64,000 bases of DNA from an uncultured Chloroflexia bacterium. GTDB taxonomy: Bacteria > Chloroflexota > Limnocylindria > Limnocylindrales > CSP1-4. Shown in pieces: positions 38,194 through 49,728 of this stretch. The notes below the pieces were generated by a model, which worked only from the letters and a program-made list of their open reading frames with translations, did no database searches and had not been told where the DNA came from. Every line of letters starts with the position of its first letter. The stretch's first letter is position 1. The position numbers and the translations under genes were made by a program. The stretch covers positions 96,001 to 160,000 of the forward strand of contig CAVVNQ010000006.1 of assembly GCA_963749705.1 (NCBI GenBank), read 5' to 3'.

Positions 38194-39856
38194 TCAGCCT
38201 GGCGGCGGCACGTCGAACTCGCGGTGCGCGCCCTCGAGGTACGTGCGGACCTCGGCGGCGCGCCGCTCGTCGTCCCAGCCCAGGATCGCGCCCATGATCT
38301 GGGCCACCCTCGGCGCACATCCCGCTCCCCGATCGCGAACCTCGGGCGCCAGCCGGATGCGGCGGGCCAGCATGTCGTCGAGCGACATCGCCAGCTCGTG
38401 CTCGGCGGCCCACGCGACCTCGGCCTCGAGATACGGGAACCCGGGCTCGAGCGGCGCGGACCATGTCCCGGGCTCGACCGAGCGCGAGCACATCCGGCGC
38501 CTCCGTCCCATGGCGATCGACGAGCGACCGGGCTGCCTCGGCGTCGACGTCACCGGTGGCGGTGAGCCGCGAGGCGAGCGCGTCGAGGTCGGCGGAGGCC
38601 GCCGCCCCGATGATCGGCAGGTCACCGGTCGCCGTGCGACGCACGCGGGCGGCGTCGCCCAGGACCGCATCCACGGCATCGCGCGCCATCACCCGGTACG
38701 TCGTGTACTTGCCGCCGCTGACCCGGACGAGACCCGTCGCCTCGACGCTGACCTTGTGCTCGCGCGAGATCCTGACGCTCGACCGCGCCGTCGACGGGGC
38801 GATCAACGGGCGCAGGCCGGCGTACGTGCCCACGATGTCGTCGCGGGACAGCTCGAGGTCGAGCGCCCCGTTGAGCGTGCCCAGGATCTCGTCCACCTCG
38901 GCGGCGCTGGTCGCCGGGCGGTCGATCGGGCCATGGAACGGCTGATCCGTCGTGCCGATCAGCCAGTGCCGCGGCCAGGGCACGAGGAACGCGACGCGCC
39001 CCGGGATCCTCAGCGTCATCCCGCCCAGCGCCGGGATCCGCTCGCGCGGGATCACCAGGTGGCTGCCCCGTGCGGGCAGGACGCTGAACGATCCGCCGCC
39101 GAACGGCCGGTCCGGTTGCGCTCCCCACACCCCGGTCGCATCGAGGACCGTCGCCGCTCGCACGTCGAACGTCGTCCCCGTTACCCGGTCCTCCACCGCC
39201 GCTCCGATGACGCGGCTGCCGTCGAGCAGCGGAGCCGTTGCCCGGACCCGGGTGACCGCCGCCGCCTCGTCGGGCGCATGGGCGATCGCGGTCCTGACGA
39301 CCGCGAGCGCAAAGCGGGCGTCGTCCTCCATCGCGTCGTGGTACAGGAGCGCGCCCCGCAGGTTCTGCCTCCGGAGGTGCGGGGCGTAGTCGAGCGTCGC
39401 TGCGAGCGAAAGGTGCCGGTGCGGGCCGCCGGACCTGGCCGACCCCAGCACGTCGTACATCGTCATGCCCGCTTCGTAGAACGCCCGAGTGATCGCGGGC
39501 GGTCCGTACAGCGGGAACAGGAACGACTCGAGGCGGACCAGGTGGGGCGCCAGTCGCAGCAGCCGGGCGCGCTCCGCGAGCGCCTCGCGCACGAGGCCGA
39601 TCTGCATCTGCTGGAGGTACCGCAGCCCGCCGTGGATCAGGCGGCTTGAGCGCGACGACGTCCCGACCGCGATGTCGTCCTGCTCGACCAGCGCCACGCG
39701 CATGCCGCGGCTCGCGGCATCGAGCAGGGCCCCGGCCCCCACGATCCCGCCGCCCACGATCAGCAGGTCCCAGTGCTCGTTGGCAAGCCGCTCGAGGTCA
39801 TGGCCCCGGCGGGCGAGCGGAGCGTGCAGGAGGTGTGGATGCTGGGGATCGGTCAC
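38194..39856 (-). CDS. glpD: FAD-dependent glycerol-3-phosphate dehydrogenase, frameshifted near 38455
   Basis: [28 protein letters not shown] and GGKYTTYR motifs; true C-terminus (YLEAEV.WA..HE.A.SLDD.LARR.RL) lies in another frame ending at 38194. Confidence 0.9.
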
Positions 39857-40068
39857 GACGGACCCCTCGTCCCGGGCGAGCGCAGGATCCGCCACAGGAT
39901 GTAGGCGGTGCCGCCGACCAGGATCACGATCAGCAGCGGCGTGTGGAACACCAAGGCCTGGCCGTCGCTCGGGAGCAACGCGGTGACGCCGGCGGCCGCG
40001 AGCACGGTCACCACGACCGCCGCGGCGACCAGCAGCACCTCGCGGATCCCCGGCTGCCGCTCAGCCAC
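39853..40068 (-). CDS. Small two-TM membrane protein
   Basis: Translationally coupled between nnrE and glpD; two hydrophobic helices. Confidence 0.7.
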   Translation of the reverse strand: MAERQPGIREVLLVAAAVVVTVLAAAGVTALLPSDGQALVFHTPLLIVILVGGTAYILWRILRSPGTRGPS

Positions 40069-40843
40069 GGTCTGCGTCTCCCGGGATGCCGATGGGTGCG
40101 ACCAGCACGCGCCCGGCGAGCGCGCGGCCGCGGCGCGTCTGCAGGCCGATCTTCGGCCGGTGGAAGGTCACGGTCATGTCCGCCCGGACGACCGGGTCCG
40201 ACGGGTCGCCGGACGTGAGGTCGACGGCCGTCGGGGTGTCGACGGCCAGCACCGGAACCCCGGCGTCGCGGGCTCGACCGATCATCTCGACCGCGGCGCG
40301 CACAGGCTCTCGAAGCCGGCCCTGGACCCCCGTGCCGAGCAGGGCATCGACGATCACGCCGGCCTTGTCCAGCCCCTGGGCGAGGATGGCGATGTCGCGC
40401 GCGACCGGTGCATGGACGCGCGTGACGCCGGTCAGGCCCTCGAGCCGCTTCCAGTTCCGGAGGGCATCGGGCGTCCCCGGGCGCTCCGCGGTGGACACGA
40501 GGACGGCGATCACGGTTCCGCCCCAGCCGGCCAGGCGACGCGCGGCGACAAGGCCGTCGCCGCCGTTGTTGCCGGGTCCGGCGAGGACGAGGACCGGCCG
40601 GTCCGCTCGCCCGTTGTGGGCGGCAAGTGCGCGGGCACCCGCCGCCACGGCCGTACCCGCGTGCTCCATGAGCGTCTCACCGGGGACGCCGAGCGCCTGG
40701 GCCTTGCGATCCATGCCCGTCATCGCCGCGGCCGAGATCGCCGTGCGCGCCGCGGTGTCCGCCCAGCGAAGCTCGAGCTCGTCGAGGCTGAGCTCCGCCA
40801 GCTCTCGATCGTCCGCGGGAAGGAGGGTCGGGGGGTTGGCCAC
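40061..40843 (-). CDS. nnrE: NAD(P)H-hydrate epimerase (YjeF_N)
   Basis: LME.AG, GPGNNGGDG, DALLGTG, AVD.P, T.TF..PK.G and IGIP motifs. Confidence 0.92.
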   Translation of the reverse strand: MANPPTLLPADDRELAELSLDELELRWADTAARTAISAAAMTGMDRKAQALGVPGETLMEHAGTAVAAGARALAAHNGRADRPVLVLAGPGNNGGDGLVAARRLAGWGGTVIAVLVSTAERPGTPDALRNWKRLEGLTGVTRVHAPVARDIAILAQGLDKAGVIVDALLGTGVQGRLREPVRAAVEMIGRARDAGVPVLAVDTPTAVDLTSGDPSDPVVRADMTVTFHRPKIGLQTRRGRALAGRVLVAPIGIPGDADRG

Positions 40844-40988
40844 GGTTCAGAGGGTACCCCGCAAATTGCCGCTCGTCGGGGCGCCTGTCGCAGGGTGGGT
40901 CGTCCTGCGTGAGCGGTTCCTCGGCGCCACGACCGTCGGCGAGGCGCAGCGCCCGACGCGCGGCGCGATCCTTGCCTTGCGATCCACG

Positions 40989-41102
40989 GATGGGGTGCGT
41001 GGTAACGGCGGTGCCGGACGAGCCTTCCTGCGACCGACCGATGGGGTGCGTGGTAACTGCCGCGCGGGCGATTCTCGTCGGCAGCGACCGATGGGGTGCG
41101 TG
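40989..41102. repeat. Three-copy interspaced repeat (core GATGGGGTGCGTG, period 50-51 bp)
   Basis: Cores at 40989, 41040 and 41090; copies 1 and 2 share GTAAC extension; copies 2 and 3 share CGACC prefix. Confidence 0.8.
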
Positions 41103-41350
41103 CTTGGCGAGCTCCATGTGGCGAACCACGCGGGTGGTCGGTACCTGGCCGGATCAGCGGCAGCGCCCACTCTCGCGTCGGTCGAGGACCGGACCCGCGA
41201 ACGCCGCAGCAATGGCGACGGCCGAGATACCACGCGTGTCACCGGTCAGCGGCCAGGTCCGTGCCGTCGCGAGACCTGTGGCGGACGGCGGCGGATCGAG
41301 GCGTAGGGAACGAGGCGCGGATCGCTGCCGGCCCTCCGGGCGGCGACGCC

Positions 41351-43551
41351 TCACACCAGCTCTGCGATCAACCCGGCCGCGCGGCGGGCGCCATCGGTGG
41401 CAACCGGGTGACTCGGTCACCGGACGCTCGATCTCCTCGGCCATCGCCGCGGCGAGGGCCTCGGGATTGCTGCGGCTCGTAGTCCATCGCCCGCCCGGCG
41501 CCGTATCGCTCCAGCCGATGCCGGACGTGGCGGCTCTGCTCGAAGTGGTTGCGCAGCGGGAAGTACAGGAACGGCCGGCGGGCCGCGACAAGCTCCATCG
41601 TCGTCGTCAGGCCCGCCCTGCACCACGGCCAGGTCGCACACGGCGAGATGGCGATACAGCTCGCGGAACGTAGCCGCGGACCTCCACGCCGGCGCGGCGC
41701 CCAGCGAAGCGGGATCGATCCGGGGCCCCGCGACCGCGACCATCCGCAGCCCGGGGACCCGCCGCCGCGCCTCGGGAAACGCCGCGACAACCCGCCGCAG
41801 CAGCGCTCCGCCCACGCCCGAGCCGCCGACCGTCACGATCGCGATCCGCTCGTCCGGGTGGTAGCCGAGCTCGCCGCCGGAGCTCTTCCCGGCGCTCGAG
41901 CAGCGGGGCGGGATCAAACCCGGTCACGTAGCCCGCTGAACTCATAGTGCCTCTCGGTCCAGTCGCGAATCGCCGGCAGCCCCGGCCCGAACGCGTCGGG
42001 CACAATGTCGGCGGGATCGCCCACGAAGATCGCGCGGTCCCGGATCCGCGGGAAGCGCTCCACGTGCTAGATCATCTCCGCGTTGTGGTCGGCCGTCAGG
42101 AAGGCCTCGCGTCGCCGCCGTCGGGCATCGGCAGCCAGCCCACGAAGTCGGTCATCCACGCGAACGCGGTCCGCTTGAGCTCGGGGTTCTCGTGCAGGAA
42201 GTGGTCGACGTCCCATAATTCGTCGCCGATCACGAGGTCGTATTCGCCATCGGCGACCGCATCGTGGAACACCATGAAGTTCGCGACCAGGATCTCGTCC
42301 ATCCGCCGGATCGCCTGGAATGCGTTGAGGTCGTGCTCGTGCCGCCTCGGCGGCGATATGGCCGGACTCGCTGGCGAGCTCGGCGCTCAGCGGATGGATC
42401 CGCTCGCCGCGTGCCGCGAGGACGGTGGTCACCGGGTGCTGCGCAAGCCAGTCGATCTCGAGGTCGGGACGAGCGGCCCGCAGCTCGTCCGCGATGGCGA
42501 CGTCGCGCTGGGCGTGCCCCAGGCCGATGGGCGACGAAAGGAACAGCGCACGCCGGCGCCGCGCCAGGCCGCGCGTCCATGTCCGCGGGGCGGGCGACGC
42601 GGACGCAGTCATCGCGGTCATCTGGGTCCCTCACTGGCAGCCGGTCCACGAACGCCCGGATCAGCAGGTTGGTGCGCACCGGCTCCCGCGCGGGCAGGAT
42701 GTGCCCCGAGCCCTCGAACGTGACCAGCTCGCCGCCGGTCGCCGCGCCAGTGCCTCGCCATGCGCGTGGCGGACGATGCGGTCCTCGGATCCGTGCAGCA
42801 CGAGGACCGGGCAGCGGACCTGTCGGGCAAGCGCGGTCAGCTCGTCACGGTCGCCGAGCGTCGGCGCGTCCTCGGTCCGCAGCAGCGTCTCGGCATCGGT
42901 GTCGAGGCCCCAGCCCACGCAGTCCTCGATCGGCTTGGTCGAATGGGGCTCGTAGACGCACTCGGCGAAGAAGAACTCGAGGAAACCCCGGTAGTCGCGG
43001 CGCCAGTAGTGGCGGTTGTACTTGTCCCAGCCCTCGTAGACCTCGAGCTCGTCGTCGAACGAGGCGCCCTTCACGACGGACGGGTCCGGCGGCGCGAGCG
43101 GCAGCGCCGGACCGATGAACACCGCGCCCGCCACCCGCTCAGGATGCGTGGCGGCGAGCAGGAGCGACCACTGCGCCCCCATCGAGAGCGAGACGAGCAC
43201 CGCGCGCGGGGTCGAGGTCGCGTCCATGACCGCCAGCGCGTCTGCGCTGAACTCCCCGACCGCGTACGCCGCGACCGACGCGGGCCGGTCCGAGCGGCCG
43301 TTGCCGCGGCCGTCGAACGCGAGCACCCGGTACGACCGGGCGAGGTACGGGACCTGTGCCTTCCACAGCCGGGCATGCACGATCGACCAGCTCGGCATCA
43401 GCAGGATCGTGGGCGGATCGCCCGGCGCGACGTCGGCCGGCCCGTACCGGTCCCATGCCACGCGGACGCCATCGCGGTCGATGAACCCGCTCTCGTCGGG
43501 CAGGCGGGGACGCGAAACCGGTGGATCGATGGCAGGGGACGCGATCACCAT
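41351..43551 (-). pseudogene. Alpha/beta hydrolase :: glycosyltransferase fusion gene with many frameshifts (possibly assembly errors)
   Basis: N-terminal DGRGNGRS, SLSMG and HGSED motifs; GT part SSPIGLGHAQRD, GDE.WDVD..LHENPE.KR, VTVGGSGVG, TTTMEL, HFEQ, ending DGARRAAGLIAELV-stop, spread over several frames. Confidence 0.75.
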
Positions 43552-44295
43552 CGTCGCCAGATTGTCCTCCTGCTGTCACCCCGGTTGCAGCCGTCAGCCC
43601 GGCGACCGCCATCGCGGTTCCCATCGGCCCCGGCAGGCGACCCACCGTCGTCATCGACCGGCATCCCGTGCTGCTCGACGGCCCGAAGCAGGGCGCCGAC
43701 CTTGCGCAGGGCGCTCCGGGTGGGCATCTCGTCCTCGTCGAAGCCCAGCAGGAGCATCGGCTCGGCGCCCACGAACGGGAGGCCCATCAGCGCCCCGACC
43801 TCCGGCGCGGTGAACGGGCCAAGACTCCACCCCGTCCTGCTCGACCCGCCGCGCGACATCGGTGAGCAGCCGGAACCAGCCACCCACCAGCTCGCGGACG
43901 GCGCTCGCCAAGGCCGGGTCGGACCAGCTGGCGGCGACCATCTCCTGGAGCACCCGCACATAGCCGGAGCGCAGGTCTTCGTCGAGGTAGTCGCACGCCT
44001 GCTCCCATTGCCGCCACAGCGGCTGGGGTCCCGCGTACATCTCGGCCTGCCGCTCGAGCAGCCGCTCGTTCTCGGCGGCAAGGATCCGCAGCACGAGCTG
44101 GCGTTTCGAGCCGAAGTGATAATGGATCTGGCTGAGCGGCACCGCTGCGGCGTCGGCGACGCGGCGGGTCGACAGCCGCGCATCGCCATCCTCGAGCAGG
44201 CAGGCTCGGGCAGCGGCCAGGATCGCCGCAGGCGCATCCCTGGGTCGCGCCTCGATGCCATCCGCCGATGGCTCGGTCGTACCCGCTCCGGTCAC
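43545..44295 (-). CDS. TetR family regulator, frameshifted near 43825
   Basis: ILAAARACLLEDG.A.LSTRRVA..A.VPLSQIHYHFGSK; C-terminus LGPFT..EV..L.GL.F.GAE..LLLG in another frame; ends approximate. Confidence 0.75.
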
Positions 44296-44396
44296 GATGG
44301 CCGGGGAGCCCGGAGCGGCGCCGTCCGATCCATTCGCTGCACGCCACGCCCGACTCACCCGATGAGGATACCTGCGCCCATCGGCCGTCCGTCCGG

Positions 44397-45198
44397 TCAG
44401 CTCGCCAGGATCGTGCCGCCGGCAAGCAGCAGCACGACGCCCAGGCCTGCCCAGGCGGCGGCCGCCGGGCCGGTTCTTCTCCACCGCCATCACGACGCCC
44501 GCGCCGAGCATCCAGGCGAGGTTGCCCATCCCGAGCGAGAACAGGACCAGCATGACGGACCAGCAGCGCCGACGCAGTACGCGGCGTGGCGGATCCCGAT
44601 CTCGAACGCCTCCCGGCCCGGCCGGGCGGCATGCCAGTGGCCCATGACGAACATGAGCGGCGAGCGGCACGCCTCGAGGCAGCGGTACTTGAGCAGGCGT
44701 GAACTGGTAGGCGCCGGCAGCGAGCAGGGTCAGTGCCACGACGACATTCGGGTGCGCCGACAGCCACGGGATGGCATCGACCGCGGCATGCACGCCCAAG
44801 TCCATGACGAACAGCGCGAGGCCGACTGCGGTCCAGGTGGCGACGTACCCGCCGACCACGAGCAGGGCCAGCCGGTCGGGATGCGGCCGGCGGCCGACCA
44901 CCGCGCGGAAGGTCGCCAGCAGCGGCAGGCTGGTCGGCAGCATCATCGCCACCGTCATCAGCAGCCAGCCGGCGACGAACAGCGCGATCGTCAGCGGCGA
45001 CAGCCCGTCGGCATCGAGATCGCGATGATCGAGGTAGCGCGCGGCGGGCGAGGTGCTCCACGCCCAGAGCGCGGCCCAGGCGATGCCCACCAGCGCGACG
45101 AGGACCACGAGCAGCAGCCGGCCGCCCCGGACCGCGGGACGCGACGGCGGCCGCGCCCCGCTTCGACCGATTGCCGGGAGGCCTGGAATGGCGGTCAT
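44397..45198 (-). CDS. DUF2182 predicted metal-binding integral membrane protein, frameshifted
   Basis: W.LM..AMM.P, AG.YQFTP, K..CL..CRSP, CW..M..LF..G.GNL.WM and EK motifs; frame changes near 44695, 44570 and 44450. Confidence 0.8.
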
Positions 45199-45208
45199 CC
45201 GGGTCGCC

Positions 45209-45820
45209 CTACGCGGCGAACTTGAAGTGACCCTGGATCGCGTTGTGGTCGCGCAGGTCCTTCACGTCGGGAAGGCCGTGTCGTGAGCCATCGCGGCTGA
45301 AATGGCTGGCCACGGACACGTACGCCGGTGACCCCGGGATGGTGCTGAACGCCGTCTCCTGGAGCACGGTCGGCAGGCCGGTCGCGCCGTGGAGCGGCGC
45401 CAGCTCGGCATCGGCGATGTCGCCGATGCGCAGCATGCCCTTGCCGCCCTCGACGGTGAACGTGATCGGTGCTCGCTCGACGGCGACGACCTCGCCGATG
45501 AGGCCGGCGAGGTCCGCGATGGCTCCGCCCGCCTGACCGGTGAACACCTTGAGCAGCGCGGCCTGCTGCTCATCGGTCGAGCGATCGTCGACGAACACGG
45601 CGGCCTTCCACGAGCCCGGCGTAAGGACGTTGCCCGGGATGTGGACCGACAGGGCGACGGTGAGCCCGGAGACGTCGACGCCTTCGATCGTCCCCTTGTC
45701 GATCCCCCAGGCAAGCGCCGAGTCGCACTTGCCGCCGTCAGGATCCAGCCCGACCCAGCACGGGCAGACCACTGCACACGTGCAGACTTCGAGCAGCCTG
45801 CCTTCGACTTCGTAGGACAT
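45209..45820 (-). CDS. DUF1326 domain protein
   Basis: E.C.C...CPC..G..PD...C, I..G....VD.SGL, PGN and F.G..GG motifs; GGAGG RBS. Confidence 0.88.
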   Translation of the reverse strand: MSYEVEGRLLEVCTCAVVCPCWVGLDPDGGKCDSALAWGIDKGTIEGVDVSGLTVALSVHIPGNVLTPGSWKAAVFVDDRSTDEQQAALLKVFTGQAGGAIADLAGLIGEVVAVERAPITFTVEGGKGMLRIGDIADAELAPLHGATGLPTVLQETAFSTIPGSPAYVSVASHFSRDGSRHGLPDVKDLRDHNAIQGHFKFAA

Positions 45821-45992
45821 CGGGACGCCTCCGCTGTGTGCGCGGACCTCGGTCGGGACGCCGGCGTTCGCGCGGGGGTTGGTTGCTTCGGTCGGTCGAT
45901 CGACCGAATAGGCGCATTGTGCGAATGTCGCGCCACGGTGTCAAGAGGGGACCTTCGAATCCGCGTGGTTCGTCGGCGGACGCCGCGTCCCG

Positions 45993-46912
45993 TCAGCCTT
46001 CCGGCAGACGTGCCTCCGGACCGTGGGGCGTATCGCGGACCTCGAGCAATCCCTCCCCACCGAGCGCGACGAGCGCTTCGCGGACCGAGGCGGGGTCATG
46101 GCCGCCGATCGGGTCTCCAAACGGGATCAGCGCGCCGTCGGCGGCTTCCCGGGTACGCGCGATGATCCGGCCCCGCAGCCAGCGGGTGGTCGATGGGAAC
46201 GCCGCAGCCGGGCGTCGCGCGCTCGCGCCGACGGAGGCCGGTCGGGGCGCCGCCCGCTCCCCCGCCGCGTACCGGCACCAGGCGATCGCCGGGCAATCGG
46301 CGCAGCGCGGGTTCCGCGGCGGCACAACCCCGCCCCGACGTCCATCAGCGCGTGCGTCCAGTCCCCCGCCCGGTCGGGCGGGACCACGGCGTCGGCCAGC
46401 GCCTGGAGCTCCGCGGGCGCAAGCGCCTCGGCCCCGCCGGCCGCGATCCGCCCCAGGACCCGCCGGACGTTGGTGTCGACCGCCCCGACCGGCAGTCCGA
46501 ACGCGATCGCCGCGACGGCCCGCGCCGTATACGGTCCGACGCCGGGCAGGCGCTGCAGCCCCTCCACCGAGTCCGGTACCGAGCCGCCGTGCTCGGCGAC
46601 GATCGCCTTCGCCGCCCGATGGAGATGGATCGCCCGGCGGTTGTAGCCCAGCCCGGCCCACGCTCGAAGGACGTCGGCAGCCGGTGCCGCCGCGAGCGCT
46701 TGGACCGTCGGAAAGCGGGTCATCCACGCGCTCCACGCTTCCGCGGCGCGAGCCGCCTGCGTCTGCTGCGCCATCAGCTCCGAGACGAGGATCGCGTATG
46801 GATCGCGCGTCGCTCGAAAGGCGAGCTGGCGCCCGGCCACCTCGAACCAGGCGAGGATCGCGTTGCGCAGGGCGGTCGGCAACGGCTCGGACGGCGGGTC
46901 GGGATCGGCCAC
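45993..46912 (-). CDS. mutY: A/G-specific adenine glycosylase, frameshifted near 46320
   Basis: PYAILVSE.M.QQT, W.GLGY.RRA, LPGVGPYTA.A, VDTNVRRV and Fe-S loop C......C..CP....C split between frames. Confidence 0.88.
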
Positions 46913-46942
46913 ACCCCTACGATACGGGTGAGGAGGCGATCG

Positions 46943-47876
46943 ATGGCGATGCGGTTCGGGGCGGCGTTCTGGATCCAGCGCGTCGGCTGGCCGGAGCTCC
47001 GCGACGGGATGCTGCACGCCGAGGCGGCCGGTTTCGACGACCTGTGGCTCGACGATCACCTGCTGTCGGACGAGGGCGACTGGCCCGATCCCAAGCTCGA
47101 GGGCTGGTCGACGCTCGCCGCTGCGGCAGCCGTCACGACCCGGGCCCGACTTGGCCTGATGGTCGCCGCGAACACGCTGCGCAACCCGGGGCTGACGGCG
47201 AAGATCACGACCACGGTCGACCACATCTCGGGTGGCCGGGCGATGCTGGGCATCGGCGGAGGATGGTTCGAGCGCGAGCACGACGCCTTCGGGTTCGATT
47301 TCGGCAGCGGGTTCGGCGAGCGGCTCGACCGACTGGGCGAGGCGGTGCCGCTGATCCGGCGCCTGCTCGACGGTGAGCACGTCACGCACGACGGCCGCTT
47401 CTACCGGTTCCGGGATGCAGTCTGCGCGCCCCGTCCGGTCCAGGCCCATCTGCCGATCCTGATCGGCGGCTCGGGTCCCCGGAAGACGCTCCCGCTGATT
47501 GCTCGCCACGGCGACATGTGGAATGCCTACGGCACGCCCGAGCAGCTGGCGGCCAGCGACGCGATCCTGCGCGCGGCCTGCGACGCGGCCGGTCGTGACG
47601 AGCGCGAGATCGAGCGGACGGTCAACCTCAACGTCGTCATCCGCGCCACGCGGGCCGAGGCCGAGCGCGACTGGGGCGGCGTACGTGGCGGCGCACCTCC
47701 CCCAGGAGGACGAGCGCGGGCTCGATGCGGGTGGTTCGCTGGACGAGGTCGCCGCGGCGTTGGCGGGGTACCGGGCCGTCGGGTTCGCGCATCCCATCCT
47801 GATCTTCCGCAGCCCGTTCGACTTCGAGACGATGGATCGTCTGCCGGAGCTCCGGGCGATGCTGGGCGAGGGGTAG
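46943..47876 (+). CDS. LLM class flavin/F420-dependent oxidoreductase, frameshifted near 47674 in a G run
   Basis: GFD.LW.DDH, RNPGL.AK...T.DHISGGR..LGIG.GW and P.LIGGSG..KTL motifs. Confidence 0.85.
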
Positions 47877-48215
47877 CCCGCGGTGGTCCGGTGCGTCCGG
47901 GCCGCACGGCACACCCACGCCGCGCATGGCGCTCGCGCCCGCTCCGGCGGACGGCGCCCTTGATCGTCGCCTCCAGGGCTCCCGCATACCTGGCAGGTTT
48001 ACGAGAGCGCAAACTCTCGAGGCGAACCGGGTTCGAGGCCGTCTCCGACCCAGTTCCGGTACGGCACATACGTTTCGGGTATCAGGTGCACGACAAGCAG
48101 GTACCCGATGCGCGACAAGCCGACAAGGGGGGCCGTCCAGCCGTCTCGGAAACCTGGCACGCATACGCTGGATGGCAGCGCAGCCTCAGGGGCGAACGCG
48201 GCGGGCGGCCCGGCG

Positions 48216-49700
48216 TCAGGCGACCCGGACGGGCTCCCGCGCCCGCTCCTCGATCGCACCGCCCAGGCGCGCGCGCACCCTCGCAGCGGCGGCGTGCGCC
48301 TGCGAGATGCAGTCGGGCAACCCCACGCCGCGGTACGAGGCACCGGTCGTGACGACCGCGGGCCAGGCGGTCATCGCCGCCTCGATGGCCGCGACGCGGT
48401 CGAGGTGGCCAACGGTGTACCTGGGCATGGCGCCCGCGTTCCGGAACACGCGCACCAGCGACGGCGGTCCTGCGATCCGGAGCGTGCGCTCAGCATCGGC
48501 GCGCGCGGCGGCCACCAGGTCCGCCTCGGGCAGCGAGGTCCACGCGCCCTCGTCGCGTACGAACATGCGCAGCAGTAGCGTCTCGGCGGGCGCCCGGTCG
48601 GGCCACTTCTCGGACGACCAGGTACACGCGGCGATCGCGCCGCCCTCGGTCGGCGGGACGAGATAGCCGTGGCCGACGATCGCGCGCCCCACGCTCGCTC
48701 GCGGATACGCGAGCGTGACCAAAATGCTGGTTCCGTGCGGGATCGTCCGCAGCACCCGCGAGGCGCCCGGGACCTCGTCATCGAGCAGCGCCGCCGCAGG
48801 TGGCGCCGGAGTGGCGAGGATCACCGCGTCGAAGCGGCCGGCCGTCCCGTCCGCGAACGTGGCGCTCACGCCCGCACCCGCACGCGCAAGGCTCCGGACC
48901 GCCAGGCCCGTCCGGATGTCCACCCCCGCCTCGGCCAGCGAGGTCGCGAGCACATCGATGAGCGTGTCCATGCCACCCCGGAGGCTCGCGAACACGCCCA
49001 GCGGCTTCGGCATCGGCCCTGGTCCGGCGATCGGCGCCGTCGCCGCGGCAGACCTCGCCGCGGCAGCCCTCGCTGCAGCTGCACGCCGCATCGCCCGGCC
49101 GTCGGCAAGCCCCGCGAGCAGCAGGCTCCGGTGGTCGCGCTCGGCGGCTCGCAGCTGGGGAACCACCGCGTCCAGGCTGAGCTCGTCGATCGGCGTCCCG
49201 TAGACGCCGCCGACCAGGGGCCCGGCCAGCCGGTCCACCAGCGCGTTCCCGAGACGGCGCCGCAGGAACGTGCCCACGGCGACGTCATCGTCATCGAGCA
49301 CGCGGCGCCAGGCGACATCCTTCGCCATCCGCGCCTTCTCGGGCCACGAGAACAGCCGCGTCCGCGCGAACGGCATTGCCCGCGTGGGCAGCACCAGGCC
49401 CAGCCCCTCGGGCATCGGGACCAGGTCGCCGCGGTGGCGGATGTAGACCGCCCGCGGGTTCCTCGTGCCCACCAGCGCGTCGGCCAGGCCGAGCTCGCGC
49501 GCCAGGGCGACGGCCGCGGGGCGCGTGGTCAGGAACGAGTCCGGGCCACGCTCGATCACCAGGCCCTCGACCCGCTCGGTCGACACCTTGCCCCCCAGCC
49601 GGTCGCCCGCCTCGACGAGCGTGACGGGGACACCGTCGCGGGCCAGCTCCCAGGCGGCGGCGAGCCCGGTGATCCCGCCACCGACGATGAGGACGCTCAT
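48216..49700 (-). CDS. hemG: HemY-type coproporphyrinogen/protoporphyrinogen oxidase (CgoX)
   Basis: GGGITGL, E...RLGGK, E.GPDSF, W.S.KWP.RAP, MP.Y.VGH and GVG.PDC motifs. Confidence 0.92.
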   Translation of the reverse strand: MSVLIVGGGITGLAAAWELARDGVPVTLVEAGDRLGGKVSTERVEGLVIERGPDSFLTTRPAAVALARELGLADALVGTRNPRAVYIRHRGDLVPMPEGLGLVLPTRAMPFARTRLFSWPEKARMAKDVAWRRVLDDDDVAVGTFLRRRLGNALVDRLAGPLVGGVYGTPIDELSLDAVVPQLRAAERDHRSLLLAGLADGRAMRRAAAARAAAARSAAATAPIAGPGPMPKPLGVFASLRGGMDTLIDVLATSLAEAGVDIRTGLAVRSLARAGAGVSATFADGTAGRFDAVILATPAPPAAALLDDEVPGASRVLRTIPHGTSILVTLAYPRASVGRAIVGHGYLVPPTEGGAIAACTWSSEKWPDRAPAETLLLRMFVRDEGAWTSLPEADLVAAARADAERTLRIAGPPSLVRVFRNAGAMPRYTVGHLDRVAAIEAAMTAWPAVVTTGASYRGVGLPDCISQAHAAAARVRARLGGAIEERAREPVRVA

Positions 49701-49728
49701 CGGATTGCGCGCGGCGCCGCGGCCGCGA

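Noticed and set aside
36677-39895. 1072-aa GlpD-GlpK fusion ORF
   Set aside because: The junction is Arg-rich nonsense. The true GlpD C-terminus is in another frame and glpK has its own RBS and ATG, so this is a frameshift artefact.
40989-41102. CRISPR array
   Set aside because: Only three short, degenerate, non-palindromic repeats, weakly similar linkers, no leader and no cas genes. Kept as a generic repeat.
43651-45198. 515-aa DUF2182-TetR fusion ORF
   Set aside because: Compensating frameshifts; DUF2182 has its own stop near 44397 and the linker is non-protein-like.
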